Shown piece after piece: positions 1 through 6,832 of a stretch of 20,052 nt of DNA (positions are counted from its first letter, which is position 1; the number at the start of each line of letters is the position of its first letter). The stretch spans positions 1 to 20,052 of the forward strand of contig JBJKQR010000060.1 in assembly GCA_046735395.1 (NCBI GenBank), given 5' to 3'. The position numbers and the translations under genes were made by a program. Below the pieces are notes generated by a model. It saw only the letters and a list, made by a program, of their open reading frames with translations. It was not told the origin of the DNA and ran no database searches. Source of the stretch: Fidelibacterota bacterium. Its GTDB lineage: Bacteria; Fidelibacterota; Fidelibacteria; Fidelibacterales; DSDE01.

Positions 1-3000
1 GATCTCGCACCCGGGGAATCAAAAGTGATGTACAGTGCTGATTTTTCCGGCGAAGGAAACATGAAAGCCTTCGAGATTGTCAGTGATTTTCAGGACATCA
101 TCGAAAAAAACGGATATCTGCCCTCCGGAAATTATGACATTAAAATGCTGGTCTGGACCGGACGGACCGATGGCTATAATATTATAAATGATCTGGACAA
201 GACTGCCCGGCGTGTAAACCAGAGCGACGAAAACAGTCTCCTGGACATTTCCTGGGATCACAGTTTTGTGGATACGGATTATCATGATAACTGGAACTGG
301 AACAGCGACAAGGCCAAACAGACCGGTACGGATATCCTTGAGAATGTCCTGGTCAGCACCCTCAATATTCAGGAACCGGTCATTGACGCAAATGTCGTCG
401 ATCCCTATCCCTGGTTCCGCTGGGATTCGCCCGGCTTCCGCAGCGGCCTCCTTATTGATTACCGCATCATCATTGCCCAGTTCAATCCCGAACTTCACAG
501 CAGCTACAGCGATGCCCTGGAAGATGCCAATGCCATCTTTTTTGACAGCGAGTGGCTCAGCGACTACAACAGCATCTACCATGTTCCCGAAAACGGAACT
601 GTGCAGCCCATCGCAATCCAATATCCCTCCGGTGACCGTGATCTGGCCTGCGGATACCAGTATGTCTGGCAGGTTCAGGCCCGGGAATTCATTGACGATC
701 AGACCGTCAACCAATTCGATATGGATGGATTTCAGGGCGTATGGGGCTATCCCGAACCCATTAAATCACCCATTTATGTTTTCAACTTCGGGAACCGCCT
801 GACCAAGGATAATGTGAACACTCCGTCCGAAGGGAGTGTGATCACTACTGTAACACCATCCTTCAACTGGGAACAGATTCCCTGCGCCGATGAATACGAA
901 TTATGGCTGAGCGACGCGACGGATGACCCGGATGTGGAAAATCCTTATTATCAGAGCGAACCCATTCCCAGCCTCCCTTTTCAGTATCCTTTTGACGCTC
1001 CCGGACTGATGCCCGGAAAAAAATATAACTGGAAGGTTCGCTACAATCCGAATTCGGAAGCCTCCCCATGGAGTGATGTCCTCAGCTTTACCGTCGGGGA
1101 TATCAAGCTGAGCGAACCCTCACAGGGCGAGCAGGTAAATACGGTCCTGCCCATGTTCAATGGTGATGTCCCAACGGGTGTTTCATCCTTTGAAATCCGA
1201 ATCAGTGACAAGGATGACGAAACAGTTGAAATGGCGAACATTTTCAGCGAAAACATCAAGTCCCTCCCTTTTCAGTATCCGAAGGATGCAGGCCAGGGCC
1301 TGTATCCGGGTGAAAAATATTACTGGAAGCTTCTCGTCCTGGATGCCAATGACAATATTGTCGGCATGCCCGATGAATATCTGCAGACCGGTACTTTCAC
1401 CATCGCACCTGCCCAACTGCTGACTCCGGATCCGAATGCGTCCGAAGTTGATTTAAACCCCATTTTTTCCTGGGAAAGTCCGACGGATGTATCAGCCTGG
1501 GAACTGGCCGTCTCGGATGGGGAGGATCCTGAAATGGTGAATCCCTTCATCACTTTCAAGGTAACAGGCCTCTTCTATCAGTACCCCATGGATGCGGACC
1601 TTCCGCTGGAAAACGGAAAGGATTACTACTGGAGCATCACGGCACTGGATGATAATGAAAATCCGGGCGTCATGCTGCCACCGCGGCGCTTCCGTACTCA
1701 GCAGAGAGAACTTCAGCCGGCACCTGTCCTGCAGCTCAGCGGTAATACGGATGTCTGTCCCTGTGATGACGAAGTAAACCTGTCTCTGATGTTCAGCCCT
1801 GTAGGCGGCGCTGAAACCTATCACGTCATTCTGTCTGAAAGCCGGGAAACGGATGAAGACGGCTTGCTGAGTGACCGGCTATTTGATGTCGAAGATCTGG
1901 CAATGACCAATCTCAAAGTTACCCGGGAAGATGTCAATTTTGAGTATGGCCAGACCTATTATTTTCAGGTGACGGCTCTGAAGGACGGCGAGATTTACAG
2001 CTATCCCTCTGAGATTCTGAGCTTCACGTCCTGTGCGCAACCCGGGCAGGATGCGGCGCCGGAGCTGAGTGTTGATTATGCAGTGAGCGATCCGCGTATT
2101 CTGAATATCAATCTGGTCAGCGGAAGTGACTGTGCCACCGCATATGCACTTTCCCTGTCTTCAGATCCGGATATGGGATCAATACTTCTGGACAATAATG
2201 ATGTGCAGGCCTTTCCCTATATCTGGGAGGAATGCGCTGATGTCCTGTCCTACCAGAGCACGTATTATCTGGTGCTGCAACCTCTCAGGGACGGTGAAGC
2301 CTTCGGACTTCCCTCAAAAGTTATGACCGTCCTCGTACCCGAAGCACCCGGATCTGTCAGTATTCCGGAATTGTCTGTCAGTCTGTCGCAGGATAAACCC
2401 ATTTGTCCGGTTATCAATTTCAATCAGGTGCTGAATGCACAGTCCTCTCGAATCCTGCTCGCCATGATGCCGGATGTGGATGATAACGGAATTCTTTCCT
2501 CCCCGATTCAGGTCGTGAATGATGTAAGATCCACGAATGTGAATCTCTGCGATCTGGATATGGAGCTGGAGTACGAAACCGATTATTTCCTGCAGGTCCA
2601 GGGTGAACAGGATGGCGAAGCCTTTGGCCTGCCCAGTAAAGTGGCTGCTTTCCGAACTCTTGCCAAGCCGGGTTCGTCGGATAAGCTCCAGTTCAGTCTC
2701 GGAGCTTCAGCTGCAGATCCCTGCGGACAGCAAATCAATCTTCTGACCGGCGTTGCCGGCAGTGATGGCTATCTGTTTGAAATTTCAGACGGGCCCGAAA
2801 TGGACAATGTTATACTCAGCTATACGGTAAATTCCTTCCCCTTCGATTTCCGCGTGGATGGGCAGGATCTCATGTATAATACGGATTATTATGTACGGGG
2901 TACGGCTATGGCCAATGACCTCAGCCACGGTGTTCCCAGTGATGTCGTAGCCTTTCACAGCTGTCCTCAGCCCGGCGCGGACACTCGTCCCGAATTTTCC

Positions 3001-5631
3001 GTTTCTCTCAACAGTTCCGACTCACGGCAACTGGATCTGTCGTTGCTCAGCCGTGTTGAAAACGCGGACGAGTACAGGCTGACGATCGCCTTTGACCGGG
3101 ATATGAATTCAGTCGTTTTTGATGCAACTCTGAGCATCAATGAATTTCCCTATCGTGTGGTCAGCGACCAGATAGAGTATAACAATAATTATTACCTGCA
3201 GCTGCAGGGCCTGGCTGATGGTGTCTCTCATGGAATGCCGTCGGTGGTTCAGTCCGTATCAATTCCTGCCAAGCCCGGATCGGATCAGCAGACGGCCCTT
3301 ATCGTCCGACTGGATGACGGTTCCCGCCGTCCGGTAATCGAGATCACCAATACCATTACCGGTGCTGATTTGTATCGGATCCGGGTAGCGTCTGATCAGG
3401 ACATGAATTCTGTCCTGGCCGAACTTGAGGTATCACCCTCCTCTCTGACTATAAGCTATCCGCAGGATATGCCTGAACTGGAATTCGGCGGCATGTATTA
3501 TCTGCAGGCGCAGGCTCTGTCGGACGGTCAGGATCACGGCCTTCCCTCTTCCGTATTCCCGCTCTACATTCCGCGTGTGGTTCCTCCTGAACCTCTGGAC
3601 AAGCTCTTCAGCTGGAATCCCTCCGTACCCGCAGGAGATCACTATCTGTTGGAAGTGGCCTACAGTGCGGATTTCAACAGCATCCTCCTGAGCGAGACGG
3701 TTCAGGGAACCGAATTCGCGTCTGATATGAGTTCATTTGCCTACAACAGCTCCTATTACTGGAGAGTACGGGCTCTTACTGCTGATGATAATTTTCTCGG
3801 CGATTACAGCCGGAACGCCTTTTTCACCACAAAAAGCATCAGCGGACCGGAATTGCTGAATCCTGTCTCCGTGGAAGCACCGCTTCAGCCGGAATTCAGC
3901 TGGGTCACGATTCCGGAAGCCGCCAGTTATCAGATAGAGCTTGCTGCAGATGCGGATTTCACAACCGTTCTATGGAGTCAGGCCAGCGCGAATTCCAATG
4001 TCAAGTATCCGGAAAGCGCCATGATCCTCTCGAACGGCACCGCCTATCATTGGCGTGTCAAGGCCCTGGGTGCAGATGAAACAATTCTGAGCACCTCGGT
4101 AACGGCGTCCTTTACGACGGAAGCTGCCAGCATAGCAAAAGACCTGCTGCCGAACGGCACCGGTGTCACCACCCTCACTCCCACCCTCAGCTGGACAGAA
4201 GTACCCCAGGTATCTGCCTATAAAGTTGAAATATCAACTGCCGCGGATTTTTCATCCCTGGTGGCCGAACCGGAAGTACAGGGAAAAAGTGTGACCCTGG
4301 AATCAGGACTCCTGACGAATGGCCAGAAATATTTCTGGCGTGTCATTCCCCTTAGTGACGGAGGAAATGGACAGGCTTCCGCTCCGGCTGAATTTTATAC
4401 GCCGGGGTTATCTGCAGTGACACTCATCAGTCCGTCGGGAACCTCCATCCGGACCCTGACCCCCTCCTTTCAGTGGACTGCTGTGGAAGGGGCTGTATCC
4501 TATACTTTGACCGTGGGAAGGGATGCTGAATTTTCAGATGTAATTCTGGAAACGCAGTCTGATAAGCCAAAAGTTGACATCACGGACGCGTCTCAGTTTG
4601 AGCACGGGCAGTCCTACTCCTGGAAAGTTGCTGCAAAGAATGCAGATGGTGAACAGATCGGTGACGGCAGTGCTGTGGCTACATTCAGCATCAGTGATCT
4701 TCCCACTCTGGTAGTCCGGACCCCGGAAGACGGCGCTGAGATATCCAGTCCCTCCCCCGTATTCAACTGGGAAAAAGTGGAAAACGGCGCTCTTTACGAA
4801 TTCAGGATTTCTCTGTCGGCGGATATGTCCGAGGCACAGGTCATGAATTCAGCCACGACCACTTTCACCTATAAATCGGATAATTTCCAGCTGGAAGCAG
4901 GCAAAACCTATTACTGGCAGGTGCGGGCACTCGATAATGCATCATCTCCGCTCACAAAATGGAGCGCAGCGAGAAAATTCACCCGCGGACAGAGCCAGGT
5001 CGTTACTCTGGAACGGCCTGCATCCGGAGCCACGGAATCCACCCGACAGCCGCTGTTCAGCTGGTCCCGTGTTGAAGGAGCCGCGAGTTACGAAATCATT
5101 CTTGCATCGGACGCGGATTTCACGACCCTGCTGTGGTCCCAGTCATCCCTGGCGGAAAACAAGGCGACTTATCCCCGCGAGGGAAGCGAACCCCTGAATT
5201 TCGATACGGATTATTTCTGGAAAGTCAGAGCGATGGGCAAGGAAGCACCTCTCACGGAATTCAGTCCGGCATTCAGTTTCCGTGTTACTGCGGATATGAT
5301 TCCGCAGCCCTCGGCACCTGTTTCGGCCGAGATTGAATCACTGTTCCCGGCCTTCAGCTGGAGCCCTGTCGAAGCTGCACACCATTATGAACTTGCGGTC
5401 TCACTCGATCCGGAACAGACTCAGCTGTACTATTCAAATACGGCTGTGACCGGAAGCCAGTTCAGCTATCCGCAGACCGGTGCCCCGCCCCTGTTCAACG
5501 AAACGACATATTATTGGTCTGTTCGTGCCGTAGACGAGAATGGAGCTCCGCTGGGTGATGCCAGCCATGTCGTTTCATTCACGACACCCAACGGAGAAGT
5601 TGAAATTGAAATGGTCTTTTCGGGTAACTGA
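1..5631 (+). CDS. Giant extracytoplasmic protein with about 17 tandem fibronectin-III/Ig-like repeats (5'-truncated, >1876 aa)
   Basis: The frame is open from base 1 (DLAPGESKVMY...), so the GTG at 25 is probably internal and the real start lies upstream. A unit of about 95-110 aa recurs: P-x-F-S-W...A-x-x-Y-x-h-x-h-S/A-x-D-x-D-F/M...Y-P...L-x-x-G-x-x-Y-Y-W-x-V-x-A...S-x-x-x-x-F-T. This matches FN3-type strand patterns. Rich in D/E/S/T/P, no transmembrane segment, stop TGA at 5629-5631. Confidence 0.85.
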   Translation, partial: DLAPGESKVMYSADFSGEGNMKAFEIVSDFQDIIEKNGYLPSGNYDIKMLVWTGRTDGYNIINDLDKTARRVNQSDENSLLDISWDHSFVDTDYHDNWNWNSDKAKQTGTDILENVLVSTLNIQEPVIDANVVDPYPWFRWDSPGFRSGLLIDYRIIIAQFNPELHSSYSDALEDANAIFFDSEWLSDYNSIYHVPENGTVQPIAIQYPSGDRDLACGYQYVWQVQAREFIDDQTVNQFDMDGFQGVWGYPEPIKSPIYVFNFGNRLTKDNVNTPSEGSVITTVTPSFNWEQIPCADEYELWLSDATDDPDVENPYYQSEPIPSLPFQYPFDAPGLMPGKKYNWKVRYNPNSEASPWSDVLSFTVGDIKLSEPSQGEQVNTVLPMFNGDVPTGVSSFEIRISDKDDETVEMANIFSENIKSLPFQYPKDAGQGLYPGEKYYWKLLVLDANDNIVGMPDEYLQTGTFTIAPAQLLTPDPNASEVDLNPIFSWESPTDVSAWELAVSDGEDPEMVNPFITFKVTGLFYQYPMDADLPLENGKDYYWSITALDDNENPGVMLPPRRFRTQQRELQPAPVLQLSGNTDVCPCDDEVNLSLMFSPVGGAETYHVILSESRETDEDGLLSDRLFDVEDLAMTNLKVTREDVNFEYGQTYYFQVTALKDGEIYSYPSEILSFTSCAQPGQDAAPELSVDYAVSDPRILNINLVSGSDCATAYALSLSSDPDMGSILLDNNDVQAFPYIWEECADVLSYQSTYYLVLQPLRDGEAFGLPSKVMTVLVPEAPGSVSIPELSVSLSQDKPICPVINFNQVLNAQSSRILLAMMPDVDDNGILSSPIQVVNDVRSTNVNLCDLDMELEYETDYFLQVQGEQDGEAFGLPSKVAAFRTLAKPGSSDKLQFSLGASAADPCGQQINLLTGVAGSDGYLFEISDGPEMDNVILSYTVNSFPFDFRVDGQDLMYNTDYYVRGTAMANDLSHGVPSDVVAFHSCPQPGADTRPEFSVSLNSSDSRQLDLSLLSRVENADEYRLTIAFDRDMNSVVFDATLSINEFPYRVVSDQIEYNNNYYLQLQGLADGVSHGMPSVVQSVSIPAKPGSDQQTALIVRLDDGSRRPVIEITNTITGADLYRIRVASDQDMNSVLAELEVSPSSLTISYPQDMPELEFGGMYYLQAQALSDGQDHGLPSSVFPLYIPRVVPPEPLDKLFSWNPSVPAGDHYLLEVAYSADFNSILLSETVQGTEFASDMSSFAYNSSYYWRVRALTADDNFLGDYSRNAFFTTKSISGPELLNPVSVEAPLQPEFSWVTIPEAASYQIELAADADFTTVLWSQASANSNVKYPESAMILSNGTAYHWRVKALGADETILSTSVTASFTTEAASIAKDLLPNGTGVTTLTPTLSWTEVPQVSAYKVEISTAADFSSLVAEPEVQGKSVTLESGLLTNGQKYFWRVIPLSDGGNGQASAPAEFYTPGLSAVTLISPSGTSIRTLTPSFQWTAVEGAVSYTLTVGRDAEFSDVILETQSDKPKVDITDASQFEHGQSYSWKVAAKNADGEQIGDGSAVATFSISDLPTLVVRTPEDGAEISSPSPVFNWEKVENGALYEFRISLSADMSEAQVMNSATTTFTYKSDNFQLEAGKTYYWQVRALDNASSPLTKWSAARKFTRGQSQVVTLERPASGATESTRQPLFSWSRVEGAASYEIILASDADFTTLLWSQSSLAENKATYPREGSEPLNFDTDYFWKVRAMGKEAPLTEFSPAFSFRVTADMIPQPSAPVSAEIESLFPAFSWSPVEAAHHYELAVSLDPEQTQLYYSNTAVTGSQFSYPQTGAPPLFNETTYYWSVRAVDENGAPLGDASHVVSFTTPNGEVEIEMVFSGN
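355..5589 (+). repeat. Degenerate protein-level tandem repeat array, about 17 units (type A with Trp: units 1-4 and 11-17; type B without the core Trp: units 5-10)
   Basis: Counted by eye from recurrences of the Y-[YFHSNV]-[WFLV]-x-[VLIGA] motif: YVWQV, YNWKV, YYWKL, YYWSI, YYFQV, YYLVL, YFLQV, YYVRG, YYLQL, YYLQA, YYWRV, YHWRV, YFWRV, YSWKV, YYWQV, YFWKV, YYWSV. The DNA is diverged between units. Confidence 0.8.
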
Positions 5632-5642
5632 GGGAGTAGATA

Positions 5643-6821
5643 ATGAAAAAGAAAATAACACTCATCATATTGGCCCTGTTCACTCTGACTCTGACCCTTC
5701 AGGCTGCCGAGGCTGAAAAGATCGGAGCTATTCTGAAGCTGAAGGGGCAGGTTATGGTCCGGCATGCGAAGGGAGACTATTCCGCCGCCTACAAGGGCCA
5801 GATGCTTCTCAACGGAGACTGGATCCAGACTGGGGACGGAGACTTCGCAGCCCTCATCTTTCTGGACGGTACACAGCTGAAGCTCAGTGAAGCTGCCGAG
5901 CTGGAATTGAAAAGCGACAGGGTCTCCGCGAAGGAACAGAATACCGAACTCTATCTGGAAAAAGGTGAGCTCTGGACCCATGTGCAGAAACAGAAGGACA
6001 GTGATTTCCGCATTGCCACTCCCGTCTCGGTTGCTGCGGTCAAGGGAACTGAATTCAACCTGAATTATGATGATGCGGAAAAGAGTTCCGAACTCTTTGT
6101 TTTTGAGGGAGTGGTCGAATTTCAGAATGAGCTGGGACGAATCCTGGCCCGTGAAATGACCTATTCAGTAGCATCCCTTAAAAAAGCTCCGGCAAAAGCG
6201 AAGAAAATGAAGGAGAACAAAGCTCCGGATTGGCAGGACAAGATAAAAGTCGAATGGGGTTTCAGGATGATTCCGGAAAAATCAGGAAGCCAGCCCGTCA
6301 ATGTTCCGCTGCGGGTAGCCATACAGGTATCCAATCTTACAACCGGAAATGCCGCCAATGCATTTTCCGAAACAGCCACCATCAGTTCCCAGACGGATCG
6401 TCTGAAACTCAGTGTGGATAACGGCAGTTCCTGGACAAATGAAGCCAATATTCTTCTGAAACAGGGCAAGGGTTCCATTCTGGTCAAGGCAACACAGCCC
6501 GGAACCGCGTCGCTGGTCATCGGCTCTGAAAATACGGAATCACGCAAACTTGATATGCAGTTCATGCAGACGAAGTCACAGAAGGGCCAAATCGGTGACA
6601 AAGTGACCCGAATCGCTCAGAAACGCGATTTGGATGGGCTGAGTGACAAGATAGAGGGCAAGAGCCTGAAAACCTCAAAGGTCGTCGGAAGCAGCGACAA
6701 TATTGACGCAATTCTCCAGAAAGTCGATACGGGAGAATATGAAGTTGTCGATGTCATCACGACCCAGAACGAGGATGGCTCCGTGAGTGTTCGCCTGAAA
6801 GTGAAACCGAAGAAAAAATAG
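5643..6821 (+). CDS. Secreted FecR-domain protein with a probable C-terminal Ig-like domain
   Basis: RBS GGGAG upstream. Sec signal peptide MKKKITLIILALFTLTLTLQA. FecR-family motifs GDWIQTG..AALIFLDGTQLKL, LYLEKGELW, FRIATPVSVAAVKGTEF and VFEGVVEF. These are followed by a Lys-rich linker and a beta-rich domain. Confidence 0.85.
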   Translation: MKKKITLIILALFTLTLTLQAAEAEKIGAILKLKGQVMVRHAKGDYSAAYKGQMLLNGDWIQTGDGDFAALIFLDGTQLKLSEAAELELKSDRVSAKEQNTELYLEKGELWTHVQKQKDSDFRIATPVSVAAVKGTEFNLNYDDAEKSSELFVFEGVVEFQNELGRILAREMTYSVASLKKAPAKAKKMKENKAPDWQDKIKVEWGFRMIPEKSGSQPVNVPLRVAIQVSNLTTGNAANAFSETATISSQTDRLKLSVDNGSSWTNEANILLKQGKGSILVKATQPGTASLVIGSENTESRKLDMQFMQTKSQKGQIGDKVTRIAQKRDLDGLSDKIEGKSLKTSKVVGSSDNIDAILQKVDTGEYEVVDVITTQNEDGSVSVRLKVKPKKK

Positions 6822-6832
6822 GAGAAGGTCAG

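Noticed and set aside
25..27. GTG at 25 as the start of the giant protein
   Set aside because: The frame is open to base 1, no signal peptide follows and there is no clear RBS, so the gene is more likely truncated by the window edge.
19..714. 231-aa minus-strand ORF and other short ORFs overlapping the giant gene
   Set aside because: They lie antisense or off-frame to a gene with clear repeat structure and show no recognisable motifs, so they are shadow ORFs.
5300..5631. T9SS C-terminal domain, autotransporter barrel or sortase signal on the giant protein
   Set aside because: The last ~100 aa form an ordinary repeat followed by a 13-aa tail, with no such motif.
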